A stretch of DNA of 64,000 nt, taken from positions 288,001 to 352,000 of the forward strand of contig CAVYSY010000039.1 of NCBI GenBank assembly GCA_963771175.1, given 5' to 3'. Below are positions 23,708 to 36,157 of the stretch, in pieces. Both the position numbers and the translations under genes were made by a program. This DNA is from an uncultured delta proteobacterium (lineage in GTDB: Bacteria; Myxococcota; Myxococcia; Myxococcales; Myxococcaceae). Position 1 is the stretch's first letter. Each line of letters starts with the position of its first letter. The notes below the pieces were generated by a model. It searched no databases. It saw only the letters and a program-made list of their open reading frames with translations, and was not told where the DNA came from.

Positions 23708-24509
23708 ATGCGTCGCTGGTCCCTGGTCCTGCTCCTCTCCACCGCGTCTCCTGTCCTCGCCCAGGAGGCCCAGGAAGCCCCCGCCGCCGCGGCCGAGCCC
23801 GCTCCCAAGGCAGCCGAGCCGGCTCCCAAGGCTGCCGAGCCCGCTCCCAAGGCTGCCGAGCCCGCTCCAGCCCCCGCCGAAGCGGCTCCTACCCCCACCG
23901 CCGAAGCCGCCCCGGTGCCCGCCCCCGCCCCCGCCGCTGCCGAAGCCGCCCCGGCCCCCGCCGCGGAGAGGCCGGCCCGTCGCTCGAGCGCGCCCAAGCC
24001 TGCGGCTCCGGCCGAGGCTCCCGCTCCCCAGGCGCCCGCTCCCGCTCCCCAGGTACTCGTCCCTCCCCCCGGGCAGGTTCCGGCGCTCACCACGGCCGAG
24101 CAGGCGGAGCTGAACAACGCGAACACGCCCCAGCAGCAGGTGCGCAATGACGCCCGCCACCTGCTCTCCTTTCTGCTCACGGGTGACGTGCGCACCATCA
24201 CCCAGCTGCTCTCCTTCCCCTTCCAGCTCGAGGAGCGGCGGTTCGACACCTCCGAGTCCCTGGTGGCGACGTGGGTCAAGCAGCTCCGGCAGAAGCGGAC
24301 GGACCTGGTCACCGCTCTACGACATCGAGGTCCTCACGTACGCGGAGATGGAGAAGAAGTACGGCAAGCCTCCCGCCCGCCTCGGAGCCATCGTCCCGCG
24401 CGGTGGCACCGACGTGTACGCCGCCGTGGCCAACCTCTCGGGCCACCCGGCGGTCTTCCTGTACCGGCAGACGAACGAGGGCTGGCGCGCGTTCGCCTAC
24501 ACGGATTGA
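23708..24509 (+). CDS. Secreted Pro/Ala-rich hypothetical protein (apparent frameshift near 24316)
   Basis: Signal peptide MRRWSLVLLLSTASPVLA, low-complexity linker, C-terminal domain ending GWRAFAYTD. Confidence 0.75.
23789..23869 (+). repeat. Coding 21-bp tandem repeat (AAEPAPK, about 4 copies)
   Basis: GCnGCCGAGCCnGCTCCCAAG units. Confidence 0.85.
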
Positions 24510-24536
24510 CGGGACCGGACGCCGGCGCGCGGGGGC

Positions 24537-25727
24537 TCAACGCACCGAGGTGACGAACTCCTTGAAGCGGTCCAGGCCCTTGCGGAGCTGCTCCCGCGAG
24601 GTCGCGAAGCTCATGCGGATGTAGCCCTCCACGCCGAAGGGGGTACCCGGCATCGCCGCGACCCGGAAGTCGTTCAGGAGGATGTCGGAGATCTGCATCG
24701 AGCTCGTCAGCGGCGTGCCCTTGTAGGTGCGCCCGAAGAGGCCCCGCACGTTGGGCAGCACGTAGAAGGCGCCCTCGGGACGCCGGCAGTGGACGCCCTC
24801 CAGCTCGTTGAGCGCGTCCACGACCATGTCCCGCCGCCCCCGGTACTCCTCCACCATGGGCACGAAGAGCTCCCTCGGGCCGTTGAGCGCCGCCACCGCC
24901 GCCTTCTGCGTGAAGGACGAGGCGTTCGACGTGGACTGGTCCTGGATCATCTGCATCCCCGCGATGAGCCACTTGGGACCCGCCGCGTAGCCCAGGCGCC
25001 AGCCCGTCATCGAGAAGGCCTTGCTCATCCCGTTGATGACCAGCAGCCGGGGCACCAGGTCCGGCGCCACGTTGCCGATGTTCAGGAACTGCCCCTCGTA
25101 GAGCAGCTTCTCGTAGATGTCGTCGCTCACCAGCAGGCAGTCATGCCCACGCACCGCCTCGGCGATGCCCTCCAGCGCGGCCCGGGAGAACACCGCCCCC
25201 GAGGGGTTGCTCGGACTGTTGAGCACCAGCGCCTTGGTGCGCGGCGTGAGCGCCCGGCGGATGGCGTCCGGATCCGGCGCGAAGCCGTTCTCCTCGCGCG
25301 TCTCCACCACCACCGGCTTGCCGCCCGCGAGCAGCACCATCTCCGGGTAGCTCACCCAGTACGGCGCCAGGATGATGACCTCGTCGCCCTCGTTCAGCAG
25401 CGCCTGGAAGGCGTTGTAGATGGCCTGCTTGGCCCCCACCGACACCAACACCTGGTCCGGCGCGAAGGTGAGGCGGTTGTCCCGCTCCAGCTTCGCGCAG
25501 ATGGCCTCGCGCAGCTCGGGGATGCCCGCCGTGGGCGTGTACTTGGTGAAGCCCTGCCTCAGGGCGTCGATGGCCGCCTGCTTGATGAACTCCGGCGTGT
25601 CGAAGTCGGGCTCGCCCGCCGCGAGACTCACCACGTCCACGCCCTGGGCCGCCAGCGCCTTCGCCTTCGCATTGAGCGCGAGCGTGGGTGACGGCTTGAT
25701 TGCCTTGAGCCGGTTCGCGAGATTCAT
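24537..25727 (-). CDS. aspC: PLP-dependent class I aminotransferase (aspartate aminotransferase-like)
   Basis: GEPDFDTP, NSPSNPSG, SDDIY, SKAFSMTGWRLG. Confidence 0.9.
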   Translation of the reverse strand: MNLANRLKAIKPSPTLALNAKAKALAAQGVDVVSLAAGEPDFDTPEFIKQAAIDALRQGFTKYTPTAGIPELREAICAKLERDNRLTFAPDQVLVSVGAKQAIYNAFQALLNEGDEVIILAPYWVSYPEMVLLAGGKPVVVETREENGFAPDPDAIRRALTPRTKALVLNSPSNPSGAVFSRAALEGIAEAVRGHDCLLVSDDIYEKLLYEGQFLNIGNVAPDLVPRLLVINGMSKAFSMTGWRLGYAAGPKWLIAGMQMIQDQSTSNASSFTQKAAVAALNGPRELFVPMVEEYRGRRDMVVDALNELEGVHCRRPEGAFYVLPNVRGLFGRTYKGTPLTSSMQISDILLNDFRVAAMPGTPFGVEGYIRMSFATSREQLRKGLDRFKEFVTSVR

Positions 25728-25853
25728 GACCGGTGCCTAGCAGCGCGCCCCCCGGGGGGACAAGCCGAGCGCACGCGGAAGTGAACAGATCCACTCGCGC
25801 GTGCGATAGGGTCCGGTTTCGCCTCACTGCGTCATTCAACCGAGAAGCACGCC

Positions 25854-26276
25854 ATGCACACGGAAGTCGGGCTGGCCGCGCCGGAGCGCCCCCGAGGGAT
25901 GCTCGCGCAGTTCCTCCGCTACCTCTTCGTCGGGGGCACCGCGTTCGTGGCGGACTTCACCACGCTGGCCCTCCTCAAGGAGAGCGGGGCCCTCGGCGTG
26001 CTCGGAGCGGCGGCCGTCGGCTTCGGGGTGGGCACCCAGGTCAACTACTTCCTCTCCACCCGGTGGGTGTTCACCTCACGCAGAGTGAAGGACCGGCGGC
26101 TCGAGTTCGCCCTCTTCGCGTCCGTGGGGCTCATGGGCCTCGCCCTGAACGAGGCCAACATCTGGCTGCTGCACCACCGACTCGGCCTCCACTACCTGCT
26201 GGCCAAGGGGGTGTCCGCGGGGCTCGTGCTGGGCTGGAACTTCTTCGCCCGCAGGCTGACGCTCTTCCGCGAGTAG
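25854..26276 (+). CDS. GtrA family membrane protein
   Basis: QFLRYLFVG, NYFLSTRWVF, YLLAK, WNF motifs; four TM segments. Confidence 0.9.
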   Translation: MHTEVGLAAPERPRGMLAQFLRYLFVGGTAFVADFTTLALLKESGALGVLGAAAVGFGVGTQVNYFLSTRWVFTSRRVKDRRLEFALFASVGLMGLALNEANIWLLHHRLGLHYLLAKGVSAGLVLGWNFFARRLTLFRE

Positions 26277-26292
26277 TGGCTCGCGGCGGCGC

Positions 26293-26775
26293 TCAGTCCT
26301 GCTTCGCGTACTTCGCCCGCAGCTTCTTCAGCACACCGGGGGGCACCAGCTCCTCCACGTTGCCGCCGAAGGAGGCCACCTCCCGCACGAGCTGCGACGA
26401 CACGTAGAAGTAGTCCTCGCCCGTCATCATGAAGACGGTCTCGATGCCGGGAGCCAGCTTGCGGTTCATGTTCGCGAGCTGGAACTCGTACTCGAAGTCG
26501 GAGACGGCCCGGAGCCCGCGCAGCAGCACGTTCACCCCGCGCCGGTTCGCGTACTCCACCAGCAGGCCGTGGAAGGCATCCACCTCCACCCGAGGATCCG
26601 GACAGGCCTCGCGGATGAGCACCTTGCGCTCCTCCTCGGTGAACAGCGGCACCTTCTTCGGGTTCACCGCCACCGCGACGATCACGCGATCGAACATCTG
26701 CAGCGCACGCTGGATGATGCTCAGGTGACCGTTGGTAAGAGGATCGAACGAGCCGGCGTAGATGGCGGTGCGCAT
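26293..26775 (-). CDS. coaD: Phosphopantetheine adenylyltransferase
   Basis: [37 protein letters not shown]. Confidence 0.97.
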   Translation of the reverse strand: MRTAIYAGSFDPLTNGHLSIIQRALQMFDRVIVAVAVNPKKVPLFTEEERKVLIREACPDPRVEVDAFHGLLVEYANRRGVNVLLRGLRAVSDFEYEFQLANMNRKLAPGIETVFMMTGEDYFYVSSQLVREVASFGGNVEELVPPGVLKKLRAKYAKQD

Positions 26776-26810
26776 GTGCGTGCCCAGTCTCGACGCACCC
26801 CGGCAACCGG

Positions 26811-27368
26811 TCAAGGAATGCGGAAGAAGCTCACCAGCGTGTCCCCGAACCGCCGCTGATCCACCCGCTCGAAACCCGCGTGGGACTCGGGGGCCGCCTC
26901 CCGCTTGTCGTGCTCGATGACCACCATCCCGCCGGGAGCCAGCAGCGCGTGCTGGCCCACCCCGTCCAGCACCCCCTCCACCACCCTCGCCGCGTAGGGA
27001 GGGTCCGCGAAGATGAGCTCGAACTTGTCGCCCCGGCGGCCGAGCACCCCGAGCGCCTTCTCCACGGGCTGAGCCACCACCTCCACCTGCGAGGCGAAGC
27101 CCAGCGTCTCCGTGTTCGCCCGGCAGAGCGACAGGGCCTCCCGGTCCGCGTCCACCAGCACCGCCTTCGCCGCCCCTCGCGAGATGGACTCCAGGCCCAG
27201 GGCGCCCGTGCCCGCGTAGAGATCCAACACCGCCTGCCCGTCCAGCCACTGGCCGAGCACGTTGAAGAGCGTCTCCCGCACCCGGTCCGCCGTGGGACGG
27301 ATGTGCTTCGACGTTGCCTTGGGGCCCGCCAGCGCCCGCCCTTTCGCCGTACCTGCCACGATGCGCAT
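26811..27368 (-). CDS. rsmD: 16S rRNA m2G966 methyltransferase
   Basis: [42 protein letters not shown]. Confidence 0.96.
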   Translation of the reverse strand: MRIVAGTAKGRALAGPKATSKHIRPTADRVRETLFNVLGQWLDGQAVLDLYAGTGALGLESISRGAAKAVLVDADREALSLCRANTETLGFASQVEVVAQPVEKALGVLGRRGDKFELIFADPPYAARVVEGVLDGVGQHALLAPGGMVVIEHDKREAAPESHAGFERVDQRRFGDTLVSFFRIP

Positions 27369-28407
27369 CTAGTCGCCCCGGTTCTCCGCCAGAAACTGCA
27401 TCGACTTCCACCCCGTCCGCGAGGCGCCCAGCAACGCCAGCACCTCGGAGGCCTCGGCGAACGTGAGCGCCTCCAGCCGCGAGGCCTCCGGCGCTCCCAG
27501 GGGCGCGAGCTGCTCGCTCCAGCACCCCCAGCAGCTCCCCCGCCCCCAGCCCCGCCTTCTCCGCCTTCTGCTCCAGACTCGCGCGCACCGGTTCCGGGTA
27601 CGCGCCCAGCGCCAGCCGCTCGAAGGGCGCCGCGCACTCCACCTTCTTCACGCCCGCGGCCACATACGTCGGCAGCGCCCGCACCGAGCGCCGGCCCGCC
27701 TCCCCCACCGCCACCCCCACCCCGAGCTGCCCCGCCAGCTCCACCAGGCTCCGGAGGAACTCCACGTCCGACTCCTCCTCGCCCAGGATGCTCGCGGGCA
27801 CCCGGAGGAAGCGCACCGTCACGCCCTGCCGCCGCAACCCCTCCAGCAGCGCGCGCGCGCCCTCCAGCTCGTCGCCCTCGCTGCCCGCTGGCGGCGACAC
27901 CTCCAGCGACAGCTCGCGCTCCAGCACCGCTCCGGACAGCCTCCGCACGGCCTCCACCGCCGCGTCCACCGGCAGCCGCGACACGTCCAGCGATACCAGC
28001 GAGAAGCCCGCGTCCACCAGGCGGAAGATGCCCTCCTGGAGCTGCCCCAGCGTCTCCGGCTCGGCCTTCGACACCCGCACCGGACCCGCCTGCAGGAAGA
28101 CGGGCCGCGCATGGGCGTCCGCCTCCGCCACCTGCTGCACCGTCGCCATGAAGCGCTCGGCCGCGCCACGGTCCGCCAGCGGATGTGGGCACATGAGCCC
28201 CACCACCGCGTCCTCGCCTCGCGCGGCCGCCAGGAGCCCGGGCAGCATCGCCCGCACCGGCACCGGCAGGCACGGCAGCGCCGCGGGCACCTTCTCGAGC
28301 GCCCTCGACAGCTCGCGGGGATTCAGCACGGGCAGCCGCGAGGCAGTCCCCAGCCGGGCCACCACGCTCGTCGGCCTCAGCCTCAGCACCTTGTCGAGCA
28401 CGTTCAT
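27369..28407 (-). CDS. Degenerate class II fructose-bisphosphate aldolase-like TIM-barrel protein (apparent frameshift near 27517)
   Basis: [18 protein letters not shown] and AGVKKVE resemble FBA-II GFTSVMIDAS, SVEAE and GVAKVN; its stop abuts the rsmD ATG. Confidence 0.55.
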
Positions 28408-28576
28408 CCGAGGCCGAGAATCATCCGCTCCAGAGGGGCACCGCAAGATGGATGTGGGGAATTTCGTTCAGCCCCTCGCCTGCTCCCCCTCCCGAGAGGC
28501 GGTCCCGATGCCCCGCGGATCCACCACCGAGGCCACACAAGCCCCATCTTGGCAGTGAGTGGAGGGAGGACGTGTC

Positions 28577-30005
28577 GTGACGAGGACGAAAGAGAAGACG
28601 CTGAAGCGGGAGGAATTCACGAAGCACCCGGAGGTGCTCGCGGTCGTGGAGGACCTGAAGGCCTACATGAAGGGCAAGGAGGTCTCCGACGTCATTGATG
28701 CCGAGGGAAACCAGTACGTCGACATCGTGATGGAGGGAGGGGGCACGCTGGGAATCGCGCTCCTGGGGTACGTGTACGCGCTGGAGCAGGCGAAGCTCCG
28801 CTTCCTGGACATTGGCGGCACCTCGGCGGGCGCCATCAACGCGATGCTGCTGGCGGCGGTGGACACGAAGGACAAGCCCAAGGCCGAACGGTTGCTGGAG
28901 ATTGCTCGCGGCGAAGGACCTCAGCGAGTTCATGGACAGCAAGGGCGGGGTGAAGCGCTTCCTCAATGGGTGGCTGGCAAAGCGTCCGAAGCTCCTGCTC
29001 GTACTGCATAGCCGGGCGGTGATGCGCACCCTCCTCCACGAACTCGGGCTGAACCCGGGACAGGCCTTCTACGACTGGATGGTCGACAACCTGAAGGCGA
29101 GCGGGATTCACACCGTCCGGGACCTGAACGAGCGGATGAAGTGGCTGCCCCCGACGCTCCGGCGGCGCAACGGGGAGGAACTCTCCGCGGATGACCTCGA
29201 CTGCCATCTCGCGTTGGTCGCAGCCGAGGTGACCACCGAGACCAAGGTGGAGTTTCCCCGCATGGCGCAGCTCTTCTGGAAGAACTGGGAACAGGAGAAC
29301 CCCGCCGTCTTCGTACGGGCCTCCATGTCCGTGCCATTCTTCTTCTACCCGAAGACGGTGGAGCTGCCGGACCTGCCACCAAAGGAGCTCAAGGAGAGGT
29401 GGAAGCTCGTGGACTTCGACACCATCCAGCCCCGGGAGAAGTGCCAGCTCATCGACGGCGGCATCATGTCGAATTTCCCCATCAACCTGTTCCACGAGCC
29501 GGGGCTGCCGAGCGCGCCCACCTTCGGCGTGCGGCTCGGGAAACGGAAGAAGCACACCATCCAGAAGCCGGTCGAGCTGGGCCGGGCCATCTTCGATTCG
29601 GCGCGGCATTGCCTCGACTACGACTTCATCCTCCAGCACCCGGACTACAAGCACCTGCTGACCAATATCGACACGGGCAACTACGGGTGGCTGGACTTCA
29701 ACATGGACATGAAGTCGCAGGTGGAGCTCTTCACCCGAGGGGTGAAGGCCGGCGTCGAGTTCCTGAGGACGTTCGACTGGGACAAGTACAAGCAGACGCG
29801 GGGGATGATGGCGCAAGTGCAGCAGTTCGAGGCGCCCATGCGCCAACCAGCGCCGGTGGAAGCTGCACCCCCACTAGTGCCGGGCGGTGCTCCGGAAGCC
29901 GCGGCCCACTCGCGCCACTTCCGGGGCACAGCTCACACGGATGAACTTCTCGCGAGCAGCCGAGGAGAGTGGGCCGGAGGGGGCCCGGCGGAACTTCAAG
30001 CTTGA
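28577..30005 (+). CDS. Patatin-like phospholipase (apparent frameshift near 28905)
   Basis: EGGGTLG oxyanion loop, GTSAG nucleophile, RASMSVPFFF, DGG. Confidence 0.9.
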
Positions 30006-30196
30006 GCCCCCTCGTACGTGACGCGGAGACCTCGGTGGGTCACCGTGACGAGCGGGCGACCGAGCCACCCGCAGTGCTTGCAGACACCGTTCGCCCCGGC
30101 CTGGGTGACCCGCACCGGCAGGTCCGCGGCACAGACGGGACAGCCCTCGGGAATCGTGTAGTCGCGCGCTGGAGCACGCACTGCAGTTTCCGTCAT
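29996..30196 (-). CDS. Small C4 zinc-ribbon protein (66 aa)
   Basis: CPVC...CKHC; AGGA RBS; GC3-rich codons. Confidence 0.7.
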   Translation of the reverse strand: MTETAVRAPARDYTIPEGCPVCAADLPVRVTQAGANGVCKHCGWLGRPLVTVTHRGLRVTYEGAQA

Positions 30197-30329
30197 GTTC
30201 CTGAGCTAACGCAGGCAACGCGCTCGGCAAGGCCGCGCTCGGCGCGTGTGGCTCCTGATGGCGGGCAGGTAACCGAGCGATTGAGTGGCGGTGCCCGATG
30301 CTGAAGGCCCAGCGCCCCAGCATCCGGGG

Positions 30330-31322
30330 TCAGTGCACCTCGCCCAGGTGGGCGTAGGTCTCGCTCTCGATCTGGATGGTCGTGTGATCGATCCCGAACC
30401 GGTCGAAGAGCTCGTGCTTCACCGCCGAGAGGATCTCATCGTTGTTGCAGACCATGGGATCCGCCACCACCAGGTGCGCCGAGAGGGCGTACATCCCGCT
30501 GGCGATCGTCCACACGTGCAGGTCATGGACGTCGCTCACCCCCTGCACCTTCAGCAGCAGGTCCTTCACCACGGACATGTCGACGTGCGCCGGCACCGCC
30601 TCGAGCAGCACGTCCACGGCGTCGCGCACCAGCTTCAGCGCGCCCACCACGATCACCATCGAGATGAGCACCGAGATGAGCGGGTCCACCACGTACCAGC
30701 CCGTCAGCCACATCACCCCGGCGCCCACCAGCACCCCCACGCTCGACAGGGCATCGCCCAGCACGTGCAGGAAGGCCCCGCGCACGTTCATCGAGTGCGA
30801 GCGGTGCAGGAAGGCCAGCGCTCCCAGGTTCGCCATCAGGCCGATCAGCGCGACAATGGCCATGGGCCCCAGACGCACCTCGGCCGGCGAGCGGAAGCGC
30901 TCCCACGCCTCCACGAGGATGACCACGGTGATTCCCACCAGCAGCACCCCGTTGAGGAGCGCGCTGAGGATCTCCATGCGGTAGTAGCCGTACGTCTTCT
31001 TCACGTCCGCCGGCTTGCCCGAGAACCACAGCGCCAGCAGGCTCAGCCCCAGCGCGCTGACGTCCGTGAGCATGTGGCCCGCGTCGGCCATGAGGGCCAG
31101 GGAGTTGGTGAGGTACCCGCCCACCGCCTCGGCCACCGCGATGGTGCCCGTGAGCACCAGGGCGAAGAACAGCCGGGTGCGGTCCTTCCGCCGCTCCTCC
31201 TTCATGGAAGGATGCGGGCGCTTCGCGGGTTTCCCGTGATCGTGCCCATGTCCCCCGCACGCCTCGTCGTGCGCGTGGTCATGGTGATGCCCTGCGCCAT
31301 GGGTGTGAGGAGAGGTAGTCAC
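30330..31322 (-). CDS. CDF family Zn/Co/Cd efflux transporter (CzcD/ZitB-like)
   Basis: His-rich N-terminus, SLALMADAGHMLTD, TYGYYRME, AFLHVLGD, HDLHVW, HTTIQIE. Confidence 0.95.
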   Translation of the reverse strand: MTTSPHTHGAGHHHDHAHDEACGGHGHDHGKPAKRPHPSMKEERRKDRTRLFFALVLTGTIAVAEAVGGYLTNSLALMADAGHMLTDVSALGLSLLALWFSGKPADVKKTYGYYRMEILSALLNGVLLVGITVVILVEAWERFRSPAEVRLGPMAIVALIGLMANLGALAFLHRSHSMNVRGAFLHVLGDALSSVGVLVGAGVMWLTGWYVVDPLISVLISMVIVVGALKLVRDAVDVLLEAVPAHVDMSVVKDLLLKVQGVSDVHDLHVWTIASGMYALSAHLVVADPMVCNNDEILSAVKHELFDRFGIDHTTIQIESETYAHLGEVH

Positions 31323-31432
31323 GAGCGGATGATGTGCGAACGCTCCTCCACGGAGACGCGCCGAGCAGCTAGAGTCCAAAAACATCGCGGGTTCAAGGTT
31401 TTTCCCCTTTGAACATCCCCAAGGCACGGCAG

Positions 31433-33029
<1,597 letters not shown>

Positions 33030-33033
33030 GCCC

Positions 33034-34034
33034 ATGAGCCACTACTTCCGTCAGGACTTCCTCACCGTGCCCGATGGGGCGTCGCTCTACTACCAGGTGG
33101 AGGGCGAGGGCGAGCCGGGCATGGTGCTGTGCGACGGGCTGGGCTGCGACGGCTTCGCCTGGAAGTACCTGGCCCCCTACCTGCAGCAGCGCTACCGCGT
33201 GCTGCGCTGGCACTACCGCGGCCACGGCCAGCTCGGGCCTGCCCCGGACAGCGCGAGCGCATCGGCATGCTCTACACCTGCGACGATCTCGACCGGGTGA
33301 TGGACGCCGCGGGCATGGGACAAGGCCGTGCTCTTCGGCCACTCCATGGGCGTGCAGGTGGCGCTCGAGTTCCACCGCCGCTACGCCCACCGCGTGCTGG
33401 GGCTGGTGCTGATCTGCGGCAGCTACGGCAACCCGCTGGACACCTTCCACGACGACAACTGCTCAAGCGCGCTCTTCCCCCTCATCCGGCGCACGGTGGA
33501 GCGCTTCCCGCGGCCCGCCGCCCGGCTCACCCGCACCGGTGCTCAGCACCGAGCTGGCCGTGCAGGTGGCCCTCACCGTGGAGCTGAACCGCGAGCTGCT
33601 GCGCCCAAGACGACATGGTCCCCTACTTCGCGCACCTGGCGCGCATGGACCCGGTGGTCTTCGTGCGCACCCTGGACGTCGCTCGCCAACCACAGCGCGT
33701 GGGATCACCTCCCCGACGTGGACGTGCCCACGCTGGTCATCGCCGGCGAGCGAGGACACGCTTCACCCCCGGCCTGGCTCTCCGCGGCGGATGGCCGGCC
33801 ACATCCCCGGCGCGGAGCTGCATGATGGTGCCCGAGGGCACCCACACCACCCCCCTGGAGCACCGCGAGCTGGTGGAGCTGCGGGTGGAGCGCTTCCTGC
33901 GGGAGACCTGCCGGCCTGTCCCAGCACCCCTCCGGCGCCCACCGGGCCGGCCCCGCGCCCTGAATGCCGCCTCCCTGGCCTCCGGGAGAGCGGACCCCCT
34001 GGTTCGCCTCCTGGCCTCGGCAACGAAGGGGTGA
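33034..34034 (+). CDS. Alpha/beta hydrolase (several apparent frameshifts; 3' end uncertain)
   Basis: DGLGCDG, YRGHG, GHSMG nucleophile elbow, [12 protein letters not shown]. Confidence 0.8.
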
Positions 34035-34228
34035 GGCTCCCGGGAATTCCCCGGAGTAGGCCGAACGCCCGCCCTTCTTTCTTCCAGCCACGTTGCAGGG
34101 GCCGGACCAGGCATATAAGCGCCCGCCCTCCGCGTTCCTGTGAAGTTCACACAGGGTCCCTCGCGGGGCCAGGGCATCTTGCCCATCCACGATATTCCTC
34201 GCCGACTGTAGCGCCGGCAGCCTCGCCC

Positions 34229-36079
34229 ATGATTCCTCGCGAGAACATCCGCAACATCGCCATCGTCGCCCACGTCGACCACGGCAAGACCACCCTCGTC
34301 GACCACATGCTCCGCCAGGCGGGCATCTTCCGCGAGCAACGAAGCCGTCACCGAGCGGGTGATGGACTCGAACGACCTCGAGCGCGAGAAGGGCATCACC
34401 ATTCTCGCGAAGAACACCGCCGTCACGTACAAGGGCAAGCAGATCAACATCATCGACACCCCGGGCCACGCGGACTTCGGCGGCGAGGTGGAGCGCGGCC
34501 TGCGCCTGGTGGACGGCGTCCTCCTGCTGGTGGACGCGGCCGAGGGCCCCCTGCCCCAGACGCGCTTCGTGCTCAGCAAGGCGCTGGGCATGGGCCTGAA
34601 GACGGTGCTCGTGATCAACAAGATCGACCGCCAGGACGCGCGCCCCAACGAGGTGCTGGACCAGGTCTACTCGCTCTTCATCGACCTGGGCGCGGACGAC
34701 GCGCAGCTCGAGTTCCCGGTGCTCTACACGGTCGCCCGCCAGGGCCAGGCTCGCCCTCGCCTGGAGGAGCCGGGCAAGAGCCTGGAGCCCCTCTTCGACG
34801 CGATCCTCACGCACATCCCGCCCCCGCCGGCGCCGACCCAGGAGCCGCTGCAGCTGCTGGTCGCCAACCTGGACTACGACGACTACGTGGGCCGCCTCGC
34901 GGTCGGCCGCGTCCAGGCCGGCCGGCTCACGGCCAACATGCCCGTGGCGGTCGATGCGCGAGGGCGGCAAGGTGGAGCAGGGCAAGATCGTCAAGCTCTA
35001 CGGCTTCCAGGGCCTCAAGCGCACGGAGATCGCGGACGCCGGCCCCGGGCGAGATCGTCTCCATCGCCGGCATCGAGGACATCTCCATCGGCGACACCAT
35101 CACCGACGTGGAGAAGCCCGTGGCCCTGCCGCGCATCACCGTGGACGAGCCCACGATGATGATGATCTTCCGGGTCAACGACGGGCCGCTCGCGGGCAAG
35201 GAGGGCAAGTACGTCACCAGCCGCAACCTGCGCGAGCGGCTGTACCGCGAGGCCTACCGCAACGTGTCCATCCGCGTGGAGGACACCGAGACGCCGGACG
35301 CCTTCCGCGTGGTGGGCCGCGGCGAGCTCGCAGCTGGCGGTCATCATCGAGACCATGCGCCGCGAGGGCTACGAGCTGACGGCCTCCAACCCCGAGCCGG
35401 TGACGAAGACGATCGACGGCGTGCTGCACGAGCCGATGGAGCTGATCGTGTGCGACGTGCCCGAGACGTAGCGTGGGCGTGGTGACGGAGCGCCTGGGGC
35501 CCCGCAAGGGCCGCATGATGGACATGGGGCAGCTGGGCGGCGGGCGCACCCGCCTCCAGTTCCGCATCCCGGCGCGCGGCCTCATCGGCTTCCGCACCGA
35601 GTTCCTCACCATCACCCGCGGTGAGGGCATCATGAGCAGCCAGTTCGACGGCTACGAGCCGTGGTTCGGGCACATCCCCAAGCGCGCCAACGGCGCCATC
35701 GTCGTCCGACCGCCTCGGCGAGACCGTGCCCTACGCCCTCTTCAGCATCCAGGAGCGCGGCGCAGCTCTTCGTGGGCGCCAGGCGTCACCATCTACGAGG
35801 GCATGATCATCGGCGAGCACGCGCACCCCTCGGACCTCGAACGTCAACGCGTGCCGCGAGAAGAAGCTCACCAACATCCGCGCCGCGGGCCGCGACGAGA
35901 ACGTCATCCTCACCCCGCCGCGCGAGATGGGCCTGGAGAAGGCGCTGGAGTGGATCGCCGACGACGAGCTGGTCGAGGTGACGCCCAAGTCGATTCGCAT
36001 GCGCAAGAAGGCGCTGAGCTCGAACGAGCGCTACCGCGCCGAGCGCGACCGCAAGCGCGAGGAGCGCGGCGAGGCGTAA
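34229..36079 (+). CDS. typA: Translational GTPase TypA/BipA (many apparent 1-nt insertions)
   Basis: [69 protein letters not shown]. Confidence 0.97.
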
Positions 36080-36083
36080 CAAC

Positions 36084-36131
36084 CTCCCCTCTCCCCACCG
36101 GGAAGAGGATCAGAGAGGGCCGGGGTGAGGG
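36084..36131 (+). repeat. REP-like palindromic element
   Basis: CTCCCCTCTCCC...GAGAGGGCCGGGGTGAGGG directly after the typA stop. Confidence 0.6.
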
Positions 36132-36157
36132 TCTACGGACCCCCACCCACGGCCCTT

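Noticed and set aside
26293..28446. Apparent 717-aa aldolase-like/CoaD fusion
   Set aside because: Produced by a frameshift near 27517 that reads through rsmD in the wrong frame; rsmD and coaD have their own starts.
28577..30005. Patatin as a CBASS CapV effector
   Set aside because: No CD-NTase or cap genes nearby.
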